Shown piece after piece: positions 26,247-37,400 of a DNA stretch of 63,062 nucleotides; the first letter of the stretch is position 1, and each line of letters opens with the position of its first letter. Below the pieces are notes generated by a model that saw only the letters and a program-made list of their open reading frames with translations, was not told the DNA's origin and searched no databases. The position numbers and the translations under genes were made by a program. The DNA is taken from assembly GCA_017647975.1 (NCBI GenBank), contig JAGCJL010000036.1:1-63062 (forward strand), written 5' to 3'. The DNA comes from Bacteroidaceae bacterium (GTDB lineage Bacteria; Bacteroidota; Bacteroidia; Bacteroidales; Bacteroidaceae).

Positions 26247-28007
26247 TTACTGTTTTTTGGTGTTGTTGATTATTTCGTCGTAATTGTATTTGTCATTTAT
26301 TATGCGTGGAGCATCTGGGTTGAAGCCGGCCGACAGTGGGTTGTGTGCATCGCTGTAATGTACGGTGTGTATGCCTCCCAAATACAACAGCATATGTGCG
26401 ATATTCTCGGTACATAGGGGATCTCCCTTTGCTTCAATAACGGATTGTACTATGTCGGGATGCAATTCCTTGTATCTGTCGGTAAAGTATATCCATAGTG
26501 GAATCTCATACTGCTGTTTTACATCGCTTGGCTTGTATGAGAAAGTCCTGCCGTAGTCATCGCCGTTGTCACATGTTCTCTCTCCGTGGTCGGCGACATG
26601 TATAATTATGGCATCCTCGTTTTGGAATTTCTCTATTATGAGGTTAAGGATGTAGTCGTTGTAGAGTGTCGCATTGTCATAATGTGCTATTAACTCACGA
26701 TACTCAGGGCTTATGTTGCTGTACATCTCCCCATTGAAATACCCGAATTCTTTTGGGTATCTACTCTTGAAATTGATGTGTTGTCCCATCAGGTGAAAAA
26801 TAACAAGGTTGCCCTTACTTTCGCTTGTCAGTGAATCAAATTCCTCAATCAACTCTTTGTCATAAGTATAACGCACACTGTTGCGTCGTGAGAATTGTGC
26901 AGCACTCATCTTTTCATTGTTAAGCAACAAATCCTCGTGAAAGTCGCTGTACGAATCGGAAATGTCCTTTATGTACTGGTTGCTAAAAAATGATACCTCA
27001 TATCCGGCGTTGCGGAACAGGGTAGTGAACATTGGAGTCCTGAACCAGTCCGTGCTGTCACCAATGCAATGTGTTGACAGCATTGCGGGGAATATTTCGT
27101 TTGTAAGGTTGTACATTGCTACGGCATCTTCAAAAACCACAAGGTTGCCATTCTTCATGTGTTGGGATTGCAGTGGAGTTGTTGGCTTGTTGTAACCATA
27201 CAACTGTGAATGATGACGGTTGTAGCTTTCGCCTATGATGAGTATGATATTCCTTGACCTGAAATCGCAACTGTCAACAGCCGTAAGTTCCAGGTTTGCA
27301 TGCAAATGCTTTATTATATCCTTGTTCTGCTCAGCGTCCCTTATGGCACCCAAGAAGCGGTGTACCGGTGTGTATAAGCGTACAGTGGGGAGTATATTAG
27401 TTGTAATGAGCGTATCTTTGACGTTGTATCCCAATGCTACTCTGTAAAAGATAAATATCTCGTTTTTGAGGCACATGGAGAGTGTTACTGCCAACATTAA
27501 CGGTACGGCACAGGTGATAGCTGTAGAGAACTTGACTGTCAGTCTGTTCAAATATGCTTTTATTCGGTGGCTGTTGCTTGCAACTATATGCATGGCAAGC
27601 AGTATGAATAAGGGTAGGAGCTTCAAGATATAGCCATAGTCTATGTATGCGTCCAAAGCCTCTTGGGCCTCGTTACTGTTTGTCTGCATAAATGTCACCA
27701 ATAGCGTTGGCGATATTGGCGTAGCAAGGCGAAACCAGCAGAAGAGGTCTATGATTGAAACTGTATAGAAGAATATCGTCAGTATCCATTTGGCAATATT
27801 CCAAACTTTCCTGGGAAATAGTGAACCAATTACTACAACTACATACACATCCAAAAATAGCTGGAAAAATCCTATGAGCCTGCTGCCCTCCCATGGGAAC
27901 AAGGCATTGCAGAAGGCTCCAGCCATGTATGTGAACAAGAACCAGATGAGATTCTGTTCAATAGGCTTTTTGAGAATTTCAATGTTGTGTAGTATGAATT
28001 TTTTCAT
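26247..28007 (-). CDS. Phosphoethanolamine transferase / sulfatase-family membrane enzyme (EptA-like)
   Basis: Five or so N-terminal TM helices are followed by an alkaline-phosphatase-superfamily domain (IIGESYNRHH, HLMGQH, VADHGE). The ATG at 28007 is preferred; a TTG at 28028 would overlap comM. Confidence 0.7.
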   Translation of the reverse strand: MKKFILHNIEILKKPIEQNLIWFLFTYMAGAFCNALFPWEGSRLIGFFQLFLDVYVVVVIGSLFPRKVWNIAKWILTIFFYTVSIIDLFCWFRLATPISPTLLVTFMQTNSNEAQEALDAYIDYGYILKLLPLFILLAMHIVASNSHRIKAYLNRLTVKFSTAITCAVPLMLAVTLSMCLKNEIFIFYRVALGYNVKDTLITTNILPTVRLYTPVHRFLGAIRDAEQNKDIIKHLHANLELTAVDSCDFRSRNIILIIGESYNRHHSQLYGYNKPTTPLQSQHMKNGNLVVFEDAVAMYNLTNEIFPAMLSTHCIGDSTDWFRTPMFTTLFRNAGYEVSFFSNQYIKDISDSYSDFHEDLLLNNEKMSAAQFSRRNSVRYTYDKELIEEFDSLTSESKGNLVIFHLMGQHINFKSRYPKEFGYFNGEMYSNISPEYRELIAHYDNATLYNDYILNLIIEKFQNEDAIIIHVADHGERTCDNGDDYGRTFSYKPSDVKQQYEIPLWIYFTDRYKELHPDIVQSVIEAKGDPLCTENIAHMLLYLGGIHTVHYSDAHNPLSAGFNPDAPRIINDKYNYDEIINNTKKQ

Positions 28008-28015
28008 TATCTGCT

Positions 28016-29554
28016 TCAGTTTCCCCAATTTTCACGGTCAAGATTACGGTAACCTATTGCTTCGGCAATGTGGTGTGAGAGTATGTTCTCGCTCTTGTCA
28101 AGGTCAGCAATGGTGCGTGCAACCTTTAATATGCGGTCGTATGCACGTGCCGAAAGATTGAGACGGTTCATCGCCGTCTTTAGCATGGCGAGGCTCTGTT
28201 CATCTATGGCTGCATATTTTGTTATCAGTTTTGGAGTCATTTGTGCATTGCAATAGATGCCGTTTTCGTTCTTGAAACGTTCTTCTTGTATTTTTCGTGC
28301 CTCCACTACGCGTTGGCGAATAACGGCACTTGGTTCACCCGGTTGTGTGTTTGATATCTCTTCAAAAGGTACGGGAACAATCTCTATCTGCAGGTCTATG
28401 CGGTCAAGCAACGGGCCAGAAATTCTATTCAGGTAACGTTGTACCTGTCCCGGAGTACATGTACAAGCCTTTGTCGGGTGGTTGTAATATCCACAGGGGC
28501 AGGGGTTCATGCTTGCAACAAACATTACTCCGGCCGGGTATTCTACTTTGTAGTTTGCTCTTGCCACGCAAATCTTGCGGTCTTCAAGCGGTTGACGCAT
28601 AACCTCAAGCACATCCCTTGAAAATTCAGGTAGCTCGTCAAGAAACAACACACCGTTGTGTGCGAGTGAAATCTCTCCCGGTTTCGGGTTACTTCCTCCT
28701 CCGCATAAAGCCACCGATGAAATAGTGTGGTGCGGGCTACGGAACGGGCGTTGTGTAATGAGCGATGTGCCATCGGGCATCATACCACTTACAGAATGTA
28801 TTTTTGTTGTCTCTAAACTCTCGTCAAGTGTGAGTGGTGGTAAAATCGACGGCAGACGTTTTGCCATCATTGACTTGCCACTTCCCGGGGGGCCTACCAT
28901 TATCAGATTATGACCACCTGCAGCAGCAACCTCAAAAGCTCTCTTCACGCTCTCCTGTCCGCGTACCTCGCTGAAGTCAAAAGGAAAATCACTCTGTTTG
29001 GAGTAGAAATTACTTTCAATATCCACCTCGTATGGTGTCATCTCATTATCTCCATTAAGGAACTGTATAACCTGCAGCAAATTGTCTGCACCATAGACAG
29101 TAATGCCATTGACAACTGCTGCCTCAGCGGCATTGCTTTCGGGTATGACAATTCCTTCGTAGCCCAATTCCTTGGCTTTAAGAGCTATAGGCAATGCTCC
29201 TTTTATTGGCATCAGCTTACCGTCAAGTCCAAGTTCTCCCATGATTAGATATTTGTCCAATTTGGCTGTTGAAATAACCTCATCTGCAGCAAGAATGCCA
29301 ATGGCTATAGGCAGGTCGTATGCCGAACCCTCTTTTTTGATGTCGGCAGGAGCCATGTTTACTATGATTTGTTTGCTTGGGAAACGCAATCCATTATGTG
29401 TGAGTGCAGAGTTTATTCTCTGCTGACTCTCTTTAACGGCATTGTCGGGTAGTCCTACAAGGTAGAACTTAATACCTCTCAGTGCATTGACCTCAATGGT
29501 TACAAGTGTTGCACCAATGCCCTGTATTGCTGCAGCAAGAACTTTGACAAGCAT
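28016..29554 (-). CDS. comM: YifB/ComM-family Mg-chelatase-like AAA+ ATPase
   Basis: 512 aa with an N-terminal Lon-protease-like domain, Walker A GPPGSGKS and Walker B LFLDEL. Confidence 0.9.
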   Translation of the reverse strand: MLVKVLAAAIQGIGATLVTIEVNALRGIKFYLVGLPDNAVKESQQRINSALTHNGLRFPSKQIIVNMAPADIKKEGSAYDLPIAIGILAADEVISTAKLDKYLIMGELGLDGKLMPIKGALPIALKAKELGYEGIVIPESNAAEAAVVNGITVYGADNLLQVIQFLNGDNEMTPYEVDIESNFYSKQSDFPFDFSEVRGQESVKRAFEVAAAGGHNLIMVGPPGSGKSMMAKRLPSILPPLTLDESLETTKIHSVSGMMPDGTSLITQRPFRSPHHTISSVALCGGGSNPKPGEISLAHNGVLFLDELPEFSRDVLEVMRQPLEDRKICVARANYKVEYPAGVMFVASMNPCPCGYYNHPTKACTCTPGQVQRYLNRISGPLLDRIDLQIEIVPVPFEEISNTQPGEPSAVIRQRVVEARKIQEERFKNENGIYCNAQMTPKLITKYAAIDEQSLAMLKTAMNRLNLSARAYDRILKVARTIADLDKSENILSHHIAEAIGYRNLDRENWGN

Positions 29555-29559
29555 GATGA

Positions 29560-30666
29560 TCAGTTTTGTTGTATTGTTTTCTTACTTTTTTTCTGTTCCT
29601 TTTTCTTTTTCTTCTCCTCTTCCTCTTTTTTCTTTTTTTCGCTTATGTCATATTTTGTGGCAAGCGAGTCAATGAGTTCTCCGGCTTCGTCTAACTTTAG
29701 ATCGAATTTGACAATGCGTTGGTATGGGCTTACCAAAATAGAGAAAGGAAGTGATTTGATATTGAATTTGTTGACAAGCTCGCAATTCCAAGCTTTGGTT
29801 TCACAAGCATTGTCACCAATTATGCTGTCACCAACAATGAATTTTTTCCATTCGGTGGTGTCATGTTCCAAAGCAATATTCAGGATTGAGAAATTCTCGC
29901 TTTTAACAGAATCTCTTACTGCCCTTAGTTTAGGCATTTCGTTTCGGCTGTTTTTGTCCCATGATGCCCAGAAAGTAACAAGCAGGTATTTTCTTATGTA
30001 TGTATTAAGTTCTGCCTTTGTGGTGTCATTGATGTCATACATGAATGCCGGAAATAGCTTGTGCAGGGTATTGCTTCGCTTTCTGTCAATTTGTTTTTGC
30101 GTGGTTGCAAAATATTCATGGTCTTGCAGAATACCGCCAAGTTTTGAAATGCAGTCATTGATTTTTGAATTGTCGGGTTGTGGAACATCAACCATGTATC
30201 TTCGAATCAATTCAATATTTATTGGGCTTATTGGATTTGCTGCAATAAAATTATTTATGTGTTCTTGTAGCTCCTTTTCTTTTTTGCAGGCATCAAGGAT
30301 TTGTGAAATACTGTCGTGTAGTGCCTGTGTCTTGCCGCCTTTCACAATCCATACTCTGTCCAAACTCTCATCTTTCGTAATCTTTGCTTTCAAGTTGGGT
30401 TCGGCATATAATGTCACCATGTGACCGTCGGGCATGAGTAGTGCAAGCGGTGTGACAGTATCGACTGGAATTGAAAATTTAAAATCTCCGTCGTTGTCAC
30501 TTTTTATAGAATCTCTTTTCTCATACCTGCCGTCTAATCCGAACAGCAACAAGTGGCATTGCTCGTCTGCAGCCTTGCCACTTATTGTGTATAATGTTTC
30601 TTTGTCTCCGCTACATGATGCAAGGAGCATCAATAGCGGTAACAGGTATGTCTGGATTTTAATCAT
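29560..30666 (-). CDS. TlpA-like thioredoxin-fold lipoprotein lacking the CxxC active site, with a K/E-rich tail
   Basis: It has a lipobox (LLASCSG) and a TlpA/ResA-like block, FWASW-DKNS-RNEMP, where FWASWCGPC is expected. The C-terminus is EKKKKEEEEKKKKKEQKKSKK. The ATG at 30666 lies 1 nt from the typA stop. Confidence 0.7.
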   Translation of the reverse strand: MIKIQTYLLPLLMLLASCSGDKETLYTISGKAADEQCHLLLFGLDGRYEKRDSIKSDNDGDFKFSIPVDTVTPLALLMPDGHMVTLYAEPNLKAKITKDESLDRVWIVKGGKTQALHDSISQILDACKKEKELQEHINNFIAANPISPINIELIRRYMVDVPQPDNSKINDCISKLGGILQDHEYFATTQKQIDRKRSNTLHKLFPAFMYDINDTTKAELNTYIRKYLLVTFWASWDKNSRNEMPKLRAVRDSVKSENFSILNIALEHDTTEWKKFIVGDSIIGDNACETKAWNCELVNKFNIKSLPFSILVSPYQRIVKFDLKLDEAGELIDSLATKYDISEKKKKEEEEKKKKKEQKKSKKTIQQN

Positions 30667-30667
30667 T

Positions 30668-32464
30668 TTACTGTTTATTGGCACGTTTACGCTCAATTTC
30701 GTCAAGGATAATCTTACGCATACGCATAGATTTAGGAGTTACCTCAAGGTATTCATCCTCCTTGATGTATTCAAGAGCTTCCTCAAGCGAGAATATTATT
30801 GGTGGGATGATACGAGCCTTGTCGTCGGAACCGCTCGCACGCATATTTGTCAATTTCTTGCTCTTGGTTACGTTTATTACAAGGTCGTTCTCATGAATGT
30901 GCTCACCAACAACTTGTCCTGCATATACATCCTCTTGTGGGCTTATGAAGAAACGTCCGCGTTCCTGCAATTTGTCAATGGCGTATGTGAAAGCTGTTCC
31001 GCTCTCCATTGCTACCATAGAACCGTTTGTGCGACGCTCTATATCTCCCTTGAATGGCTGGTACTCCTTGAAACGGTGAGCCATGATAGCCTCTCCGGCC
31101 GATGCAGTAAGCACATTGGTACGCAAACCAATGATACCGCGTGATGGGATATTGAATTCAATGTTTACACGGTCAGCCTGTGCTTCCATTGAGAGCATCT
31201 CACCCTTGCGGCGTGTAACCATGTCGATAATTTTGCTTGAATAGTCTGTGGGGACATTGATAGTAAGTTCTTCGATTGGCTCATGCTTTACACCGTCAAT
31301 CTCTTTGTAGATAACCTGTGGTTGTCCCACCTGTAGTTCATAACCTTCACGACGCATTGTTTCTATAAGTACCGAAAGGTGAAGTACTCCACGTCCGAAT
31401 ACAGTCCATGCATCTTCTTCAGGGTCTTTCTTTACACGCAATGCAAGGTTCTTGTCAAGCTCTTTGTCAAGACGCTCCTGAATGTGGCGTGATGTAACAA
31501 ACTTACCCTCTTTGCCAAAGAACGGTGAGTCGTTGATGGTGAAGAGCATACTCATTGTCGGCTCGTCAATGGCGATAGGGGGAAGAGCTTCGGGGTTTTC
31601 AAAGTCGCAGATAGTATCTCCAATTTCAAATTTGTCCAAACCGACAATTGCACATATATCACCGGAACTAACCTCTGTTGCTTTTCTTCGTCCAAGACCT
31701 TCGAATGTATGCAACTCTTTTATTCTCATTTTGCTCTCTTCGCCGTTGCGGTTTACAAGAGTAATATTTGAACCCTCGGTAAGTGTTCCGCGGTGTACGC
31801 GGCCTATTGCAATACGTCCTGTATATGGTGAATAGTCAAGTGATGTTATAAGCATCTGTGGTGTACCCTCCAATTTCTTGGGAGCAGGGATGTGCTCAAG
31901 AATGGCATCAAGTAAAGCTGTTAGGTCTGTAGTTTCATTACGCCAGTCGGTGCTCATCCAATTGTTCTTTGCAGAACCATAAAGTACGGGGAAATCAAGT
32001 TGCTCTTCAGTTGCTTCGAGTGAGAACATAAGGTCAAAAACCATCTCGTAAACCTCCTCGGGGCGACAGTTGGGCTTGTCAACCTTGTTTACCACAACAA
32101 TTGGTTTAAGGCCAATCTGCAATGCTTTCTGTAGCACAAAACGAGTTTGAGGCATAGGGCCTTCAAAGGCATCTACAAGCAGAATACATCCGTCAGCCAT
32201 GTTCAATACACGTTCTACCTCTCCGCCAAAGTCGCTGTGTCCCGGAGTGTCAATGACATTGATTTTTGTACCTTTATATTGTATTGAAACATTCTTTGAG
32301 AGAATGGTTATACCTCTCTCACGCTCAAGTTCCTTATTGTCAAGAGTAAGTTTGTCATTGTCCTGTTCTTTTAGCAGGTTGCCTGCCAACATCAACTTAT
32401 CCACAAGAGTTGTCTTTCCGTGGTCAACGTGTGCAATAATTGCAATATTACGGATATTCTGCAT
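30668..32464 (-). CDS. typA: Translational GTPase TypA/BipA
   Basis: 598 aa with GTPase motifs (AHVDHGKTT, DTPGH, NKVD) and EF-G-like domains. Confidence 0.95.
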   Translation of the reverse strand: MQNIRNIAIIAHVDHGKTTLVDKLMLAGNLLKEQDNDKLTLDNKELERERGITILSKNVSIQYKGTKINVIDTPGHSDFGGEVERVLNMADGCILLVDAFEGPMPQTRFVLQKALQIGLKPIVVVNKVDKPNCRPEEVYEMVFDLMFSLEATEEQLDFPVLYGSAKNNWMSTDWRNETTDLTALLDAILEHIPAPKKLEGTPQMLITSLDYSPYTGRIAIGRVHRGTLTEGSNITLVNRNGEESKMRIKELHTFEGLGRRKATEVSSGDICAIVGLDKFEIGDTICDFENPEALPPIAIDEPTMSMLFTINDSPFFGKEGKFVTSRHIQERLDKELDKNLALRVKKDPEEDAWTVFGRGVLHLSVLIETMRREGYELQVGQPQVIYKEIDGVKHEPIEELTINVPTDYSSKIIDMVTRRKGEMLSMEAQADRVNIEFNIPSRGIIGLRTNVLTASAGEAIMAHRFKEYQPFKGDIERRTNGSMVAMESGTAFTYAIDKLQERGRFFISPQEDVYAGQVVGEHIHENDLVINVTKSKKLTNMRASGSDDKARIIPPIIFSLEEALEYIKEDEYLEVTPKSMRMRKIILDEIERKRANKQ

Positions 32465-32495
32465 ATATAATATATCTTATACTTATAATTTCTTG

Positions 32496-32503
32496 CAAAG
32501 TTA
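32496..32503 (-). promoter_or_regulatory. -7 box TAacTTTG for typA
   Basis: caaagtta on the plus strand, 32 nt upstream of the typA ATG. Confidence 0.5.
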
Positions 32504-32631
32504 CAATAAAAACAGCAGATATTAAGATACTGTACTTATTTTATTTTCTTTTAATCCTTGAACGATAACTCTTTTTTCTTTTTTTTTATCGCTTTTTTAT
32601 TGAATGCGGTTGTAATTCCCAAAAAAAGTTG

Positions 32632-32639
32632 TACCTTTG
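32632..32639 (+). promoter_or_regulatory. -7 box TAccTTTG for rpsO
   Basis: TAnnTTTG match 85 nt upstream of the rpsO ATG. Confidence 0.55.
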
Positions 32640-32724
32640 CATCCGCGTTGGCAACATAGTGTACTCTTGTACATTCATTTGTCGGCCAAAAGATATTTTT
32701 TTTAACCTTTTAAAACTTCAAATT

Positions 32725-32994
32725 ATGTATTTGGATTCAGAGAAAAAGAAAGAGATCTTTGGCACATACGGAACGTCTAATACAGATACTGGTTCAGCAG
32801 AGAGCCAGATTGCATTGTTCTCATACCGTATTGCCCATTTGACGGAGCACCTTAAGGCTAACCGTAAAGATTATAGCACACAGAGAGCTTTGACAATGTT
32901 GGTAGGTAAGCGTCGTTCACTTCTTAACTATCTTAAGAACCGTGACATCAACCGTTACCGTGCTATCGTTGCTAAGCTTGGCTTGCGTAGATAA
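32725..32994 (+). CDS. rpsO: 30S ribosomal protein S15
   Basis: 89 aa starting at the internal ATG (MYLDSEKKKEIFGTYG...TGSAESQIALFSYRIAHLTEHLKANRKD). The upstream part of the listed ORF is non-coding leader. Confidence 0.95.
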   Translation: MYLDSEKKKEIFGTYGTSNTDTGSAESQIALFSYRIAHLTEHLKANRKDYSTQRALTMLVGKRRSLLNYLKNRDINRYRAIVAKLGLRR

Positions 32995-33016
32995 TCTGCG
33001 TAAAAAGCATCTAAAA

Positions 33017-33049
33017 AGCGAGATTCCAATTGGAATCTCGCTTTTTTTA
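33017..33049. terminator. Bidirectional terminator between rpsO and nhaC
   Basis: A-run, stem agcgagattcc/ggaatctcgct with loop aatt, then a T7 run. Confidence 0.85.
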
Positions 33050-33095
33050 TAGTTGGTAGCAATGTCTCATTGCATAGTAAACCGTGTTCAGTCTG

Positions 33096-34388
33096 TTAAT
33101 TCCGTTGAGGCTTTTTCACTAAAATAGAAACTACAACTATGATACCGATGCACATAGGGTAGTAGAGGTGGGGGATAATAGAGATAGGCGAAATTGTAGC
33201 AAGGCCCGATGCCATGAGCAACTGTGCTCCGTAGGGTATAACGCCTTGAACAAAACACGACGTGGTGTCCATGAGACTTGCCGAACGGCGTGGCGATATA
33301 CCGAATTTCTTTGATATATCACGTGAGATGTTGCCCACAGTAAGTATGGCAATCGTATTATTTGCAGTACATACATTGGCAAGTGCTGTAAGAACGGTTA
33401 TCGCTGTCTCTGCTGCACGTTTGGAACGTACACGCAGTGTGACAAGGCGTATCAAGTAATCGATACCTCCATTTATTCTCACAACCTCTAAAAGTCCTCC
33501 GGCAAGCAATGTCACAATTATTAGTTCGCACATACCCATAATACCACTGCCCATTTCGGTAAATATGCTTATTCCATCCACTGCACCGTATGCAATTCCC
33601 ATACCGGCTGCAATGATGATACCTGTGATGAGGACAGCAAGTACATTCATTCCGAACAAAGCACATACGATAACGGTGACATAAGGAATACATTTTACTC
33701 CCTCACTCCAGCTTATTGTAGGAACTGTAATCTCTTCAATACTGTTTCCACTGAAAGCATAAAGCAAAAGAGTGGCTACTGCTGCTGGCATTACAAGAAC
33801 AATATTTGTTTTGAATTTGCTTCGCATGGAGCAACCTTGTGTCTGTGTCGCGGCTATTGTGGTATCCGATATAAACGAGAGATTATCGCCAAAGAACGAG
33901 CCTCCTACAACAATTGCAACCAACCATGCTACATCGCAGTTCATTTGTGTAGCAAGTGCTGTTACAACAGGTGTCAGTGCAACAATCGTTCCCACCGATG
34001 TACCTATAGACATTGAAACAAAGCATGCCGCAATGAAAATTCCTGCTGGCAGGTAATTGCTGGGAATGGAGTTTAGCGTAAGGTTTACAGTGGCATCCAC
34101 AGCACCCATAGCTTTTGCAAGTGAGGCAAAAGCTCCGGCAAGTATAAAAATCCACACCATATACATTATACGTGGGTTTCCTGCTCCTTGTGAGAAATGC
34201 TCAATCTTCTCATTGAGGGTTCCTCCGCGTGTTATGGCAATGGCATAAACCGACGCTGTCATAAAAGCAACGGCTATGGGAATCTTGTAGAAATCCCCGG
34301 CAACAATAGAGCCTGCAAGGTATATCGTAAGCAGTATAATTATCGGTGAAAGGGCAATGACTCCCTTGTGTGTGTTTATCTTTTGCAT
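33096..34388 (-). CDS. nhaC: Na+/H+ antiporter, NhaC family
   Basis: 430 aa polytopic membrane protein with an NhaC-like pattern. Assignment by eye. Confidence 0.7.
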   Translation of the reverse strand: MQKINTHKGVIALSPIIILLTIYLAGSIVAGDFYKIPIAVAFMTASVYAIAITRGGTLNEKIEHFSQGAGNPRIMYMVWIFILAGAFASLAKAMGAVDATVNLTLNSIPSNYLPAGIFIAACFVSMSIGTSVGTIVALTPVVTALATQMNCDVAWLVAIVVGGSFFGDNLSFISDTTIAATQTQGCSMRSKFKTNIVLVMPAAVATLLLYAFSGNSIEEITVPTISWSEGVKCIPYVTVIVCALFGMNVLAVLITGIIIAAGMGIAYGAVDGISIFTEMGSGIMGMCELIIVTLLAGGLLEVVRINGGIDYLIRLVTLRVRSKRAAETAITVLTALANVCTANNTIAILTVGNISRDISKKFGISPRRSASLMDTTSCFVQGVIPYGAQLLMASGLATISPISIIPHLYYPMCIGIIVVVSILVKKPQRN

Positions 34389-34424
34389 ATATTTTCTTTT
34401 TCCGCTGCGAAGTTAATAAAAAAC

Positions 34425-34458
34425 ATAATAAGCATGGGCACAAGCCCATGCTTATTAT
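34425..34458 (-). terminator. Rho-independent terminator after the GH85 gene (end of the PUL operon)
   Basis: 15-bp perfect stem ataataagcatgggc/gcccatgcttattat with loop acaa. On the minus strand it is followed by gTTTTTT. Confidence 0.85.
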
Positions 34459-34496
34459 ATTATTTCCCTTCAAAAAGGGATAAAAACCTTCGTGCG

Positions 34497-37400
34497 TTAT
34501 TTACTCATAAGTTTTACGCTACGTACAACATTGCCATCTTTCTTCACAGTCAAGATATATGTACCTTGTGCATTGATTGCAATCTGTACATTCTCGCCAG
34601 CGTTGATTTCAGCATCGGTTTCAGCAACCTTCTGTCCTGCAACTGTGTGAACGGTGATGTTGTAATTGCCGTTTTTAGCGAATTCGATGATAGCAGCACC
34701 ATCAATGGTATATGTTGTAATTTCATTAACTGTGATTTCTTCAACACCGTCAATGTCGTCGTCACCTTGCTCAGGGTCTTCTCCCTCAACTTTGATAACC
34801 TGGAAAGTACGTTGGTCGCTACCGAGAGAGTTTGCAAGTGTCAATGTAACGACATAGTCACCTGAGTAGTTGTGCTTAACAATTGCAGAACCGGCTGTGT
34901 CACTACCGTCACATGCGATAATCTCTGCTTTCTTAACCTTCAATGTAGGCTTTGTAACAACGGGGAATGCAGTACCGCTGATGAAAGGACTACCTGATGT
35001 ATAAACAGGCTCAACCCATTCAAAGTAACCTTGTCCCTCACTTGTTCCGGCTTTATAATCGTGCATACCGGCTTTTACATACTCTTTTGTTCCGAAAGAA
35101 TTGAAGGTATAGTCGTCAGATGCTTTTGTCTCAAGATTCCAGAAAGCTGCAAGACCGCTTGGTAGGCTACTTGTCTTAATATCGCCCATAGACTTCTTGA
35201 CATCGTCTTCGGTCATAACCTTGTTCCAAACTTGGAAGTTATCGATGACGCCGTCGATACCATTACGGCTGTGAGCACTACCTCCTACAGACAATACCTG
35301 TGATGATGTAATACTATATACATCTCCTTGGTAACCCGGGTCAGTGCTTTTGTAGGTGTCACCGTCTGTAGAACGGTTCCACTTGGTTAAATCCTGTTTT
35401 GTACCATTTACATAGAAGTGACAACGGAATTTGCCTTCTTCATTGTAGTCAAAGGTAAATGCAAGATGGAACCAAGAACCAATAGGGAGCTTAGTCTTCT
35501 CGAACTTGTAACGCAACTCGTTGTTTTGGGTAGCATCGCTACCACGGAATGTGAAGCTGCCCATGCTGCCGTCCTCGTTTACATTAACCCAAATCCAACC
35601 CCAGTCGGTCTTTGGCCATGCGTCGAGCTTGTTGGCAACAGCAAGTAACTGTGTCTCTCCCGGAGCGAGCTTGTTAATCTTCAACCAGAATGCTGTAGAG
35701 AACGATTTTTTACCTTCTATCTGCAAGTCGCCACACTTCACGCCAAAGCGTTTCTCCTGTAAATCTACACCTTGAGAACCGGCACCGTCGGCTTTGCGTC
35801 CTGTGTAGGCGTAGTTAACCTGCTCACCTACATTGATGGTTACGTCGGCTTCCTTGTCGTTTGCGGTGAAAGTGAGAATCTTAGGCAAAGCACCTGTGCC
35901 CTCGCTGGTAATTTGAATATAACCACCGAATGTACGTGTAGCGTTTACTCTGTTGCCATTCTCGTACACATTACCCTTAACGGTCAAGTTGTATGTACCG
36001 GTGCTTTCAAGTCCGTCTGCAACATAAATCTTCTTGCCTGTAGCCTCCTGAAGTTTAGTGCCCTTAGCGTCGGTAATAGTCCATGTGGCATCTTCGTGAC
36101 GTGGGTCAACAAAAGAAATCTCAAAGTCCTCGTTGGGCTTGATAGTGCTCTTGTTTATTTGGATATTGTCGTTGTATGTATATGTGCCGGCATCCATGTA
36201 GCTACCCCAAGCAATGTCAGAATCGTTCTTCATGTCAAGAGATACTGCAGCAACACCAAGACGTACCTTGTTGGCCTTGTCGAGCTGCATAGGGATATTG
36301 TAAACCAAACCTGCCCAAGAAGTTGTGATACCCATAAGAATGGGCTCGCAACCCTCCTGCTGTGCATAGAGCTTGAACAATGATGTGTTCACGTCAATGT
36401 TGTAGCAAGGCTCTCCTGCTGCTTTGTTGTTCTTCATGTTGAAGATGATTTTTGCATCTACACCATTCTCGCTGAAAGCAAGTGCCTTAGTTGATGCAAT
36501 AACAGGTGTTGCAGGAGCTGCTGTTGCTTTGCGAACGATAGAGAATTCGCCAAGGTACATATTCAAGTTCTTGGCATTGTCGAATTTCAATGCTACAAGT
36601 GCAAGCTCGCTTGCCTTGATATCGCTACCTACAGTGAAGCTCTTTTCTACCCAAATATCCTCGTCGGCAACGCTGCTGCTCTTGCAGATGGTGAGGTCGC
36701 CCAAAGATGTGGTTTCCTTGCCGGTAGCTGTGAGAACCAACTTGATGCTGGCACTACCTGCTACATGCTTGTAACGCAATGTGATGACGTCACCGTCCTT
36801 AACGGCGTACTTTGTCTTGAAGAGGTGTAGGTACTCGCTTGTGGTAGAACCGAAGATACGCAATGTTGAACCACCGACGTAAGCATCTTCCCAAGTGAAT
36901 TCTGCATCAAGACCATTGCTTGCAACGTCCGAAGCCTTACCGCTTAGGAGTTTTGTACTGAACCACCAACGCCATGTGGGGAGGTAGTCCTGTACACCAA
37001 TGTTATACCACTCACCGTTGTGTTGACGTTCGCCCTTCCAGTTAAAGAATATACCGTTACCCAAGTTGAAGTAGGTGATGAAAGGCTCTTCGTCAAGGTT
37101 CCAAGCAAGAGTACTCTTTGCTGTCATGAACGATGACATACCATGGAACGAATAGTTCTCGGCATTGTAGCTCAAAGAGTGTGTCACCTCGGGGCAGTTA
37201 GCCGGGTTACGTGTACCGCCGGTGAACCAACGCTCTGTACGCAACATATATGTACGTTGTTTAACATCTGCGTTAGAACCGAGCTCGTGGCGGCTCTCCC
37301 AGAACATGTTCTGGCTGTGAGCACCCCAAAGACCTATAGAGATAGGATAATTAGCCAAGTGTGGCCATCTGATGCCGTTTTTGGGTTCTCCTCCCTGCAT

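Noticed and set aside
29645-31144. Two long plus-strand ORFs (259 aa and 236 aa) antisense to the TlpA-like gene and typA
   Set aside because: The opposite strand carries strongly supported genes (TypA GTPase motifs, TlpA fold). The antisense products are S/L/F-rich with no recognisable features.
35772-36383. 203-aa plus-strand ORF inside the GH85 gene
   Set aside because: It is an antisense shadow ORF with no start context or promoter.
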